Assembly: GCA_030248215.1 (NCBI GenBank)
Contig: JASANG010003338.1
Span: 1-64,000, forward strand
DNA from: Enoplolaimus lenunculus
Lineage: Eukaryota
DNA length: 64,000 bases
Direction of reading: 5' to 3'
In this document: positions 40,201-50,504 of the stretch, piece by piece
Layout of the letters: the number at the start of each line of letters is the position of its first letter
Position numbering within the stretch: position 1 is the first letter of the stretch
Program-made: the position numbers and the translations under genes
Notes under the pieces: model-generated
What the model was told of the DNA's origin: nothing
What the model saw: only the letters and a program-made list of their open reading frames with translations
Databases searched by the model: none

Positions 40201-43200
40201 CCAGAAATAACTAACTGTCTCTGTGAGTTGATTGATCAACTCATCGGAATTTATAGTGTATGATACTATGTGCATAAATTTTCAAGTTTGCGCTGGCAAC
40301 TAAAACTGGTGCCGGCACAAATAGACTTGGTCTAAAAGTAAACAAACTTGAATTGCATTTGTAAGGTCACCCAATACTATTCGATGTCTCCCCAAATATA
40401 ATTTTTGCGGAAACTCCTATGAAGCTGACAACTGATAAGCAATAATTTTTTCAGCTAATTTGTGTCCATTAGATCTGAAACATATTTATGTCCATTAGAT
40501 TTGAAACAGCTAAAATGAATATTAATAAAATAGTAGAAGCATTAGCGAGATATGAATAATTTGCTGAAGAAATTATCATGACAATTTTGATAATAAATGT
40601 GAGTAATTTGTTAAAATTTTGAAAATATTGATCGTAAATTTTGGGTTATCGGTTATCATCGGGACCCATTGCCATTCCTGCTTACACGCTGCATAATGAA
40701 ACGAAGTGGCGCCTTCAGTGGTCCGTTGCATTAGCATTGATTTATCAATCCGGCTAAGCAGCCATTGAACAACGATCGAATGACCGTTCAAACAGGCCGC
40801 ATGAAGCAATGTGTGACCGCGTTCAGTAATGCTTCCAATATCAGCCCTGCATTTGTCAACTAAATATCGAAGGCAGTGAAGGTGACCTCCCTGAGCAGCG
40901 TAAAACGCAGGTGTGGCACCTGAAAAAACAAGCATCGGTTCATAGTGAGGCAGAGCAACGGAAGAATAGCAAAGATTTTGGATCCACCGGGTTACGAGGT
41001 TTCTTGTGTTGTTAACAGAAAAAGGTCGAAAAAATTCAAAGACAAAAATCACAAAAACAGAATGGTTGACTCCTAAACTCACCGCCTAGCAAATCCCTTG
41101 CGCTGAAAGGCTCAAATTTAGCAGTAAAAGATGTTCGTGGTGAATTCATAAAAAACTAGTCGAATTCAAGCAGAATTGACCACAAATCTTAAGACAGTAA
41201 AGAAATATTGTACTGGTTCAGGACCACATTTCTTCACAAGACCTGAAATTTGAATCGTAATCCACTGGAATCAGTTATGGGCGTTAACTGGTGTTGTTGT
41301 TCAATCGAAGTTTTTGATTGAAAATAAAAACACAGCATCTGTCTTTGCTAAACTGAAAAGTGCTACAACCGATTGGCATTTTCAGAATTAATTTATGAAA
41401 ATTCTGTCAGAATGGGTAATTTTTGTGAAATCACAAATGTCAATGCTAATACAAATGACTTACCGTTGTTGTCTTTTTTTCCAGCCATTAGTATGTCAAA
41501 TTTTGTCGCAACTTGGACGAATTCTGTGTTGCCTGAAAAAAATATTAATCGCAATGATAGTGTCAAAATGAAAAATATTCAATCTGTCATCAGCAAGAAT
41601 CAAAGCAAAGATCAAAGACTTAATATGGTTGTTTTATTCTTTGACCATGTTGTATTATAACAAAAATCACGAACCATCTAATTGCGAATCAGACAAGCGA
41701 TACTTATGACATGTTTTTAACCAGAGCGCTTACAAAGTCACATTGGACAGTATATGTCAGTTGCAAGCATATTTGTATTAATAAAACTTGAATCTCAACG
41801 TTTAACAGCACAAAACTTGACACAGTTACCTTGAGCAGCAGCGATATGCAAAGGCAAAACATTGTCTCGATCAGCAATGTTTGCGATAGATTTCCCAAAT
41901 CTTTGCAGCAACCAAACAGCGATATCGTTTTCGTTATGCAATACGGCGGAATGTAAAACTGTGCAACTCCTGCAAAGACAGCAACAAGATAGACGTTACT
42001 AAACCGTACTCACTGTCGGATGCAAAGGGAACATACAGGTCTAAGTCACGCAAAAGGGATTAAAACCAAAATTTGCTCCCAAGATTTATACAGTACAAAA
42101 ATTGTATTGGGCTTCTCGTTTGCTTTTTTCGATATTATGTATAGAGTGCCCTTCCCCATCAGGAATTACTGGTTTCGCCATTGTACATGCGCGAAGCATT
42201 ACAAGTTTAATCTTCGTTCATGAATCATGACTTTATGAAGGGAAAATTGTAAGTTAGGAAGGAACCTTACCATTTTATTGCCAAAAAATTTGACCGATCC
42301 GTCCGGATTCACTAGTGACAACAACGTACAGTTGACATCCATGCCCAAATTTCCAGGCATACAATTCGTTTTAACACCATATCTACACGTTTACTAATGT
42401 TACGAAACTTATGAGGCACGTCTCAGGCAGAAAATTTGGGATATATACTCTGTGCCAAACCAGTTAAACCTTTAAACACAATTGTCATATTTTTCACCTT
42501 TTATCTCGCTCAAATGCTAGTGTTTGAGCTCTTCCCAATGGTCCTCCCAGCAGCAACTTCAAAGCATCCAGCCGACATCGTTCCGCAGCCAGATGTGCGC
42601 AAGTATATCCATGCGCATTATGTAAACGCACTGGAATGCGTGTATTTTCAAGTAAAAACCTGCAAAATAGAAAAATATTCTGAAACTGAAGTGTCTTATG
42701 CGGTTCACTAAACTTTAGGTGACACTATACCTACTTGTCACGTGAATCCGGCAGTAAAAATATATTTATGAATAATGCGGTTCTATGGATTAATTCAAGT
42801 GCGTTGTCGTACGCTGCTGGACGGCTTTGAAATCGACAACTATAACAGCACCCTAAGTACATATTATCATACGTCTGTGGAAGAAAGTAAACCGAACCTG
42901 CTTTGTATCAGATTAGCATTAGTGTGGGGAAGAAGGTAAAGAAGTGCCTGCTTTTTATCAAATTAACCTTTGTTGTGAAAAGAAAGTAAAGCAATATCTG
43001 TGTTCCATCAAATTAACATTAGCGTCGGGAAGAAAGTAAACAATTATTTGCTTTCTATCAAATTAATATTAGTGTGGAAAACAAGGTAAGCAGGTATTTA
43101 CTTTCTATCAAATTAACATTAGTGTGGGAAAGAAAACAAACAACTATTCACTTTCTACCAAATTAACAGTGTGAAGAAGAAAGTAAACAAGTGCCCAGTT

Positions 43201-46200
43201 TCTATCAAATTATCATTGGTGTCGGGAAGAAAGCAAACATGTATTTGCTTTCTATCAGATTAACGTTTGTGTGGAAAAAAGTAAACAAGTATCTGCTTTC
43301 TCTAAAATTAACACTAGTGTGGGAAGGAAAGTAAACAAGTATCTGCTTTCTCTAAAATTAACACTAGTGTGGGAAAGAAAGTAAACAAGTATCGGCTCTC
43401 AGAAGTAAACAGGTATTTGCTTTTGCTTTCTTTCAAATTAACATTAGTGTCGGAAAGAAAGTAAACAAGTATTTGCTTTCTATCAAATTAACACTAGAGT
43501 GGAAGAGAAAGTAAACAAGTATCGGCTCTCAGTAAATTAACATTAGCGTAGGGAAGAAAGAAAACAAATATTTGCTTTCTATCAATCTAACAGTGTGGGA
43601 AAGAAAGTAAGCAAGTATCGGCTCTAAGAAGTAAACAGGGATTTGCTTTTGCTTTCTATCAAATTAATATTAGTGTCGGGAAGAAAGTAAACAAGTATTT
43701 GGTTTCTCTAAAATTAACACTGGTGTGCGAAAGAAAGTAAACAAGTATCGGTTCTCAGAAGTAAACATGTATTTGCTTTCTATTAAATTAACGTTAGTAT
43801 GGGAAAAAAGTAAACAAGTAGTTGCTTTCCATCAAACTAACATTAGTGTGGGAAAGAAAGTAAACAAGCATCTGCTTTCTATCAAATTAACATTGTTGTA
43901 AGGAAGCAGTTAAATAGTATTTGCGTTCTATCAAATTAACACTAGTGTAGGAAAGAAAGTAAACAAGCATCGGCTCTCAGTCATATTAACATTAACGTGG
44001 GGAAGAAAGTAAACAAGTATTTGGTTTCTCTAAAATTAACACTGGTGTGCGAAAGAAAGTAAACAAGTATCGGTTCTCAGAAGTAAACATGTATTTGCTT
44101 TCTATTAAATTAACGTTAGTATGGGAAAAAAGTAAACAAGTAGTTGCTTTCCATCAAACTAACATTAGTGTGGGAAAGAAAGTAAACAAGCATCTGCTTT
44201 CTATCAAATTAACATTGTTGTAAGGAAGCAGTTAAATAGTATTTGCGTTCTATCAAATTAACACTAGTGTAGGAAAGAAAGTAAACAAGCATCGGCTCTC
44301 AGTCATATTAACATTAACGTGGGGAAGAAAGTAAACAGGTATTTGCTTTTTATCAAATTAACATTAGTGTCAGGAACAAAGTAAACAAGTACCCGTACCT
44401 GATTTCTATCAAACTAACATTAGTTTCAGGAACAAAGTAAACAAGTACCTGTACCTGATTTCTATCCAACTATCATTAGTGTCGGAAAGAAAGCAAACAT
44501 GTATTTGCTTTCTATCACATTAACGTTAGTGTGGAAAAAAGTAAACAAGTATCTGCTTTCTCTAAAATTAACACTAATGTGGGAAGGAAAGTAAACAAGT
44601 ACCTGCTTTCTCTAAACTTAACACTAGTGTGGGAAGAAAAGCAAACAAGTATCGGCTCTCAGAAGTAAACAGGTATTTGCTTTCTATCAAATTAACATTA
44701 GTATCGGAAAGAACGTAAACAAGTATTTGCGTTCAATCAAATTAACATTAGAACGGGAAAAAAGTAAACAAGTAGTTGCTTTGCATTAAACTGACATTAG
44801 TGTGGGAAAGAAAGTAAACAACCATCTGCTTTCTGTCAAATTAACATTGTTGTAAGGTAGCAAATAAACAAGTATTTGCTTTCTATCAAATTAACACTAG
44901 AATGGAAAAGAAAGTAAACAAGTATCGGCTCTCAGTAAACTAAATTAACATTAGCGTAGGAGAGAAAGAAAACAAATATTTGCTTTCTATCAAATCAACA
45001 GTGTGGGAAAGAAAGTAAGTAAGTATCGGCTCTCAGAAGTAAGCAGAGATTTGCTTTTGCTTTCTATCAAATTAACATTAGTGTGGGAAAGAAAATAAAC
45101 AAGCATCTGCTTTCTATCAAATTAACATTGTTGTAGGAAGCAGTAAAATAGTATTTGCTTTCTATCAAGTTAACTTTAGTGTAGGGAAGAAAGAAAACAA
45201 GTATTCGCTTTCTAACAAATTAACATTTGCGTCGGGCAGAGAGTATACAAGTATTTGCTTGCTATCAACACAAAATTGATGGGAGGTAGAAAGTAAACAA
45301 GTACCGTAGTCAACGGAATACAGCACATCTTGTGATTGAAGAAGTCCTCACCCGCAGTAAACGTTTACCGAAGGCTCTGTATATTGTGCACGTTATTAAA
45401 GCATCAGTAACCTCTTATTAAACTTTGTTGCAAACATACAGTTTAATTTGAACATTTCTTTATCCCATATGTTTAATTTTAAACAGATTTGCCAGATTTG
45501 GGCATCGTATGTTTCCATAACTTACTTTAGTGCGTCAGTTTGTCCATTAGCAGCTGCTGCGTGTATCGGAGTGTTCCGTTCGGGATCAAGCAAGCGATCT
45601 GGCTCAACAAGTTTGACGAGAATGTGCTTCAGACATGATATATGGCCCAGGGATGCAGCCCGGTGAATAGGAAATTTTGTACCGGTCTAGAAATATGTCT
45701 GTTAATATACATGAAACCGAATCGTGATTTATATCAGCATATATGTATAGAAAAGAAACAAGTAATGACGTACGTTAATCTAAGTTTATGCAAGACGGCA
45801 AAGGATCTTTAATCAGTTAATTGACTAATAATTTGTGACAGGCAAACACAAGTCTTTATAATTTTCAATAACTGCGTTTCTGAAATCTTACTTAAGTTAA
45901 GTAATGATTAAGTTACTTGCTTAAGTCAGCGACATAAGTAAATGCTTAACTGTTTGGAACAAAAACAAATGTAGATTTGAAACAGTACCATAGGAAGAAG
46001 TCTTTAGATTTTTATATTAAAGATGTACTGTATATAAGACTACAATTACAGTCGGGCAAGGATTAGTTTGCCGGAACCGCTAATCCAGAGTACATAAAAT
46101 TTAATCGGCAACTGAAGTATTCATTTGACTTAAGTATACTTTTTGAAACGATAAGTTGGTTGAGTAGCTGCATAGCACGTACTTAACTGTGAAGTTGTAC

Positions 46201-46365
46201 TTAAGTATTGTTTCAGAAACCCAACCATTATATCATTAAGATGCATTTACAAAATGGTTTCATTCTTACCATGCAATCCGAGCATGCAGTGCGTTTTCGA
46301 GGAGCACGAGAATCAACAATTCCAGGCTCTTCAGAGTCGGACACTTCTTCAATTTTAGCCGGCAT
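28164..46365 (-). CDS. Espin/espin-like (forked-family) ankyrin-repeat protein, 17-exon model, about 1434 aa
   Basis: Hand-spliced GT-AG exons with consistent phases: 46365-46270, 45686-45526, 42659-42498, 41969-41830, 41532-41464, 40919-40686, 39832-39743, 38326-37711, 36171-35901, 35169-34893, 34745-34647, 33504-33245, 32415-32313, 31395-31270, 30877-29764, 28804-28378, 28223-28164 (4305 nt). Ankyrin repeats such as GATPAFYAAQGGHLHCLRYLVDKCRAD and GHTLLHAACLNGHSIVVQWLL resemble, from memory, the espin N-terminal repeats. Orthology is not established and the 3-prime exons are less certain. Confidence 0.8.
28378..28804 (-). CDS. Ankyrin gene exon 16 (KSQSNLQLNK...EKYSAL)
   Basis: ORF 28333..28839 frame; GTTTCAG acceptor in phase 2, GTAAGT donor. 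Confidence 0.7.
28812..29565. mobile_element. About 750-bp non-autonomous DNA element with about 45-bp TIRs in intron 15
   Basis: ACGCGTTGTGGAATTTGGCATCGACCATAGACGGTTGCCGTCTGC versus GCAGACGTCAACCGTCTACGGTCGATACAAAATTCCACAACGCGT. Confidence 0.7.
29764..30877 (-). CDS. Ankyrin gene exon 15, long low-complexity exon
   Basis: 375-aa ORF 29760..30887; GTTTTCAG acceptor in phase 1, GTAGGC donor. The 5-prime boundary is uncertain. Confidence 0.75.
31270..31395 (-). CDS. Ankyrin gene exon 14 (EQIDKILAAEC...HQAEQN)
   Basis: GGTTTCAG acceptor, GTAAAT donor, phase 1/1. Confidence 0.62.
31670..31944. mobile_element. PIF/Harbinger-like MITE with TAA TSD
   Basis: TAA|TGCTGTGTTCACGTTACAACCGGGCAG ... CTGCCCCGGTTATAACGTGAATCCCACA|TAA. 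Confidence 0.7.
32313..32415 (-). CDS. Ankyrin gene exon 13 (GEKQFDWANND...YAGIRAA)
   Basis: TTTTTATAG acceptor in phase 0; weak donor GTTACA in phase 1, needed to link to exon 14. Confidence 0.55.
33245..33504 (-). CDS. Ankyrin gene exon 12 (DFAISEQSVV...AIYSFQ)
   Basis: ORF 33218..33568 frame; GTCTAG acceptor, GTAAGT donor. Confidence 0.68.
34647..34745 (-). CDS. Ankyrin gene exon 11 (PNNRADRAKK...ACGSTQT)
   Basis: 99 nt, phase 1/1, CAG acceptor and GTAATT donor; skippable without frameshift. Confidence 0.5.
34893..35169 (-). CDS. Ankyrin gene exon 10 (RTFVDSEMQTD...YVAKEM)
   Basis: ORF 34855..35160 frame; ATTTCAG acceptor, GTAAGT donor. Confidence 0.7.
35238..35490. repeat. Minisatellite, 6 x 41-42 bp
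   Basis: Unit TTTAACGCACTTATGTTGTATCAGTGATTATTTTTATTATT; AACGCAC at 35241, 35283, 35325, 35366, 35407 and 35448. Confidence 0.95.
35901..36171 (-). CDS. Ankyrin gene exon 9 (Ser/Pro-rich, contains KETQT)
   Basis: ORF 35871..36170 frame; TTTATAG acceptor in phase 2; donor AAG|GTACAA inferred from phase. Confidence 0.65.
37299..37644. mobile_element. MITE family D (GGGTTT..AAA TIRs, CTTAAG-rich), intron 8
   Basis: GGGTTTCCAAATCGCTACTTAAG ... CTTAAGTAAGATTTCAAAAACCC; inverted homolog of 45872-46226. Confidence 0.6.
37711..38326 (-). CDS. Ankyrin gene exon 8 (GNAPLHLSTSNDH...LGADPKSKNKRGDTAFDIA plus start of disordered tail)
   Basis: Overlaps ORF 37674..38309; TTTTGTAG acceptor, GTATGT donor. 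Confidence 0.88.
39743..39832 (-). CDS. Ankyrin gene exon 7 (YNGHLGVLRLLLKA...SDRA)
   Basis: ATTTCAG acceptor, GTATGT donor, phase 1/1. Confidence 0.85.
40686..40919 (-). CDS. Ankyrin gene exon 6 (GATPAFYAAQGGH...GATSFHYAA)
   Basis: Lies within ORF 40576..41082; TTTTTCAG acceptor, GTAAGC donor; strongest espin-like ANK block. Confidence 0.92.
41464..41532 (-). CDS. Ankyrin gene exon 5 (GNTEFVQVATKFDILMAGKKDNN)
   Basis: TTTTTTCAG acceptor, GTAAGT donor, phase 1/1, completes an ANK repeat. Confidence 0.85.
41830..41969 (-). CDS. Ankyrin gene exon 4 (CTVLHSAVLHNENDIAVWLL...LPLHIAAAQ)
   Basis: TTTGCAG acceptor, GTAACT donor, ANK motifs. Confidence 0.88.
42498..42659 (-). CDS. Ankyrin gene exon 3 (FLLENTRIP...GYTCAHLAAERCRLDALKLLL)
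   Basis: TTTTGCAG acceptor, phase 2/2, ANK motif. Confidence 0.88.
42876..45303. repeat. 50-bp minisatellite array (about 2.4 kb) in intron 2
   Basis: Consensus ATCAAATTAACATTAGTGTGGGAAAGAAAGTAAACAAGTATTTGCTTTCT; period 50 (GTAAACAAGT at 43281, 43331, 43381); some truncated units. Confidence 0.97.
45526..45686 (-). CDS. Ankyrin gene exon 2 (FPIHRAASLGHISCLK...NTPIHAAAANGQTDAL)
   Basis: TTTCTAG acceptor, GTAAGT donor, two ANK motifs. Confidence 0.88.
45872..46226. mobile_element. MITE family D, intron 1
   Basis: GCGTTTCTGAAATCTTACTTAAG ... CTTAAGTATTGTTTCAGAAACCCAACC. Confidence 0.6.
46270..46365 (-). CDS. Ankyrin gene exon 1 (MPAKIEEVSDSEEPG...ACSDCM)
   Basis: ATG at 46365, 32 codons, GTAAGA donor, phase 0 matches the next exon. 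Confidence 0.65.
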
Positions 46366-49300
46366 TTGATCAGATGGTATGATAAATATTAATAGTATAT
46401 ATGTACTTCAATAAAAATTGTCCAATTTAACCAGAGGCGTAGTGGTACAGAGCGTATATGCCTAAACCTAAAATGGCAAATAAACTGGACGGTGTCGGCG
46501 GTGGTGTATTCAGAAACTTGTATTAATCGCAGCTGATACTAAGATATATCTAACGTGTAGGCTGTTGAAATAAAAGCTCTAAATGCTCAAGTGATTATTT
46601 ACTAAGGTTAAGTGTCACAAACAGGATCCGGTTCTGCTTGGTAGGCAGCGGTGTTCCTAGCCCCCCCCCCTATAAATGCGCTCCTGTAACTGGCGGAGTA
46701 AACGACATTTTAAAGTTTGAGGTTTCAAATCACAGTTTAAAGTGAGTTAAGTTTTCTTTGGGATGAGCAAATACTAAACGTTCTCAAAATGCACTGATTA
46801 TATTAATTTCGTAAAAACTGACGCTGTGTGCCTGCGGTTTCAGTTTCGAATATATAATTATTTAACTGCGTTTTTAAAATGAATGTTTTCTTAGTTAGTC
46901 AACGTCAGTAAAACAATTTCGTAATATTTCTGATACGAATCGACACAAATCACTACAAACGTTTACAAAGCTCTCAAGATACACAACCTCGTAATAAATT
47001 TTCAAATTTATGCTGACCTTGTGGTTTACTTACTGTTGGACACGGACAAATTTAAGGGGAAACCACCAGACTTGAACCTCTAACTGGCACCAGATCCAAA
47101 ATTATGCATAAATATCTTAGTACAAAAATTGCTCTTGGCTTCCTGTTTGTTTTGTTCGCGAGTATTTTTTAACTATTAACGTACATTTATCGCTCGGCCT
47201 CCTGATTTGAAATTTCCAGATGCAAAACTAGTGTTGCTTTAGTGACTACAGACGCAAACTAATTTATTTTCTGCGAACAAAATCTTGTATGTCATATTAT
47301 TAACTACCGATCGGATATGTGTTTACGTAGCGTTTTAAACTTAAGCTAGAAATGAGTCTACTCGGGGTTTTTATTACAATTAAAATCAAAGCAAATTTGT
47401 GTACACGAGGCTAAAGTGTGCAACTTTAGGGAAGAAATTAATTGTTCAGCTCATATTATTTGAACGCGCTAATATTAAACACGACAAGATAAAAAAATAA
47501 AGCAAATGAGTAATAAAAATAAATGAGCGTTGAGAATCTAAAATTAGCCGAACATGGTTCTTCTCGTGAAGATATGCCTACTTCTTTGATGGAATTTCAC
47601 AGCATGAATCCACCGTATGCCAGTTTGTTTGAAAAGGCCTACGAATAAGCTCTTTCTTACGCTAGGCTTAGGCTTAGGCTAAAGGAATACACTTATAATA
47701 CTGTTACAGCCCTGTTTTAAACTTTGGCCCAAATTGGTAACAGCGTTGCAATACAACGAAAAACCAACCAATTTCAAAGCATTTTCGGAAAGCTAAAGAT
47801 TATATCAATTGTTTTATACAAAATTCCAACAGCCCACTCACTCAATGTAGTGTCTGTATCTTCACGAATGCATCTACAGGTAAAACGCAACCACTATGAA
47901 TGACAATGGCACAAAATTTAATATAACGAGTTAAGCTATTTTTTCTCGTTTGCTTGAAAACTAGTTTAGCGAAAAAAACTGCCAGGACAAAGACGTGGCG
48001 CTTGTTGCCTTAATATACAACCTCTGAATTCTTTACTTTCTAGCAAAACTAAATATACACAGCGCTGTGCCGTCTGCAGTCACTATTGTTGCGTTGAGCT
48101 GAGAGTACAAGCGCGCGTGCGTTTGATAAACTATATATCTCAACGAAATATATTTCTAAAAAATTCTATTTACAGCGTAAAAATTCCTACAATATATACT
48201 TAGATTGGTTCACTTCGTAACGCATCGTTTCTTTAGCTTTGGCGAAAATACACCTTTGCAATTTATAGTGAAATATGTCTAAAAAATTATGAATACGAAT
48301 AACTAATGAAAGAAATCTACACTTGAATAAAGTGACTCACAAAGCAATGAAGAATCGTTGCTGAATTAGAAACAGAAGCAACATATTTAATGAATTCTGT
48401 ATTGTGTTCAGAGCGAATAGTAACCTTCAAAATTGTGGCTGTTTTCGTGTATCCTTCAGCCGAAGTTACCCAAAAATGGCCATTAAAGCACTAATTTTTG
48501 TTTAGGTGGATTTGGTTGTACAGGAAAACTTTGTTCAATGCAAACTGCAAGGGGATGATTGCGCTACTTGGGCATAATGTCAAACGATAACGATCCAAGC
48601 GTTTCCTTGAAAGCAATCTTAACGACAAAACTCGTTCAGATAATCTTGCAGCAGCCGCTCCGAGCATCTCGTATATGCTTCCTGCAGATATCAAGCTTAA
48701 ATATTAAGCTTCCGGCCAAGCCTGTCAGACAAGCGCTGTTGGGGCGAGCCCGTACCTAGAGGGGTTAGGGGACTCAAGCCCCTTTGAAAACTTTTGTTCC
48801 CCAAGCAAATTTTCAACCTTGCTTGTATTAAGCCATCGAACACATTTGTATGCACCTAATAAAAAATTTAAGCTCCCCTAGCAACATGAGCTGGCTACGC
48901 GCCTATTGTGGTCGCCCTAAAACTTATAAAGCATGCATGTGAACTGTGCCTACATAGCAGGTAGAACAAATTCCCTTAAGGTTAATTGCATCTAACCGTT
49001 CTACGTTCGAAATTCTAATTAAATAATAAGTAACAGCTTTAACTGAAAATTTTACAACTGTGCATGGCAGTGCGAAAATTTAAAAACTCAAATATATATG
49101 TTGTAGCATAATGCTCCTACACGACAGAGTACAATTTGCTTAAATTGCAATATAATTTGCTTAAAATCCAATTCGTGCAATAACTTGAATACTTAATTTG
49201 CAGCAGCAGCAGTACATAAAATGCAGCATGACCGTATCACTTTTACGATTTTATTGTATAAATTCAAACAGCTGTGCAAAATCAATAACCGTGAAATTTT

Positions 49301-49837
49301 AAGCTGAAACTTTTCGTATAGAAATGTTTGGGATTTTATTCTGTTGCGTCTTTACTGCCGTCTGTCTGTATAGTTTTCGAATTTTAGCAGTAATTGTTTA
49401 CGCAATTGTAAATCAAATCATTACGCATTTTATATTCATTTTATTTCCAGCCAGGGATGTATACAAGATGAGAGATTGGGGGCGATCTATCACACCTGAA
49501 ATCTCTGGAGAGCCAAAAAATCGCACCCCTGAACAAGTTGTAGAATAACCAATTATTGATCATGAGGTGAAAAAGTTTAAATGAAGTTATTCCATACCGA
49601 AATGAAATCCTCATTACGCTCCTGGTACAACACAAAACGCACAAAATACCGCTTCGAGGAGGAATGCTTTGTCACAACTGTTGCGGTTGTTTTAGACTTG
49701 GTACTTGTGCATTTTTCTCCATATTTATGTTTTGGCTGAGGTTGAAAAAATGTGCATTTATGCCAAAGTCACTTCCTTTGGCTAAGGCTAATCTATAGCC
49801 ATTAGTGGAGGTGAAGTACACAAGATCGTTAGTCCAC

Positions 49838-50205
49838 TCACACGTTATAATGCGTACAATCCGCACATGCAACGACCCTGCCGGTTTTAATAAGCATACA
49901 AAATTTTGGTGAGAAAATTCAAATTTTGACTGGAAATTCAAACGTTCGAGAAATTCACGCTATAACGAAAAAAATTCAGATTTTGAAGGAATTTGAAATC
50001 TTGCAAAAAGTTCAATAATTTTCAAGCAAACTATCCATATATCATACAACCCACCCCTATTATGTAGTTAAGTGGGACACTTAAGGTAAAAATGGCCATT
50101 ATATAAAACTGTCTGCTATACCGTCTACGCGTAAGTTGTATAATCCGCGCAGTTAACTATACTGGGGACGTTGCATGTGCGAAGCGCACGCATTATAATG
50201 GGTGA
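49838..50205. mobile_element. MITE-like element with about 40-bp imperfect TIRs
   Basis: TCACACGTTATAATGCGTACAATCCGCACATGCAACGACCC versus GGGACGTTGCATGTGCGAAGCGCACGCATTATAATGGGTGA. Confidence 0.6.
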
Positions 50206-50504
50206 TTTTTTTAAAAAAGTTTGCCAAAATTTAACACTACGCATACAGTTGAACCTAGGATTTCTTCTTTAGCTATAAAAAAAGCGCGCTACTGGGTGCA
50301 TCACTTATTTCACGTAAAACAGATTCCAGTACATTTTCATGTGTACTTGCATTATTTTGGGTTATACGTATACACAGATAGTTAAACGTTAAGACATTTC
50401 AAAACAATTTTTACAAGCGAAAGCTTACGCATGGGAAACTATTGTTTCATGATTTTGTTTACTTGCTTCTTAAATTTGAAAAAAATTAAATATTCGGCTA
50501 CAGA

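Noticed and set aside
42876..45303. Possible CRISPR-like repeat-spacer array
   Set aside because: Units are contiguous tandem copies without unique spacers, there are no cas genes, and the context is a eukaryotic intron.
45352..45376. Possible 25-nt micro-exon (AFGKRLLR) in intron 2 with CAG/GTGAG sites
   Set aside because: It would shift the frame; exon 2 already joins exon 3 in phase and completes the ankyrin repeat.
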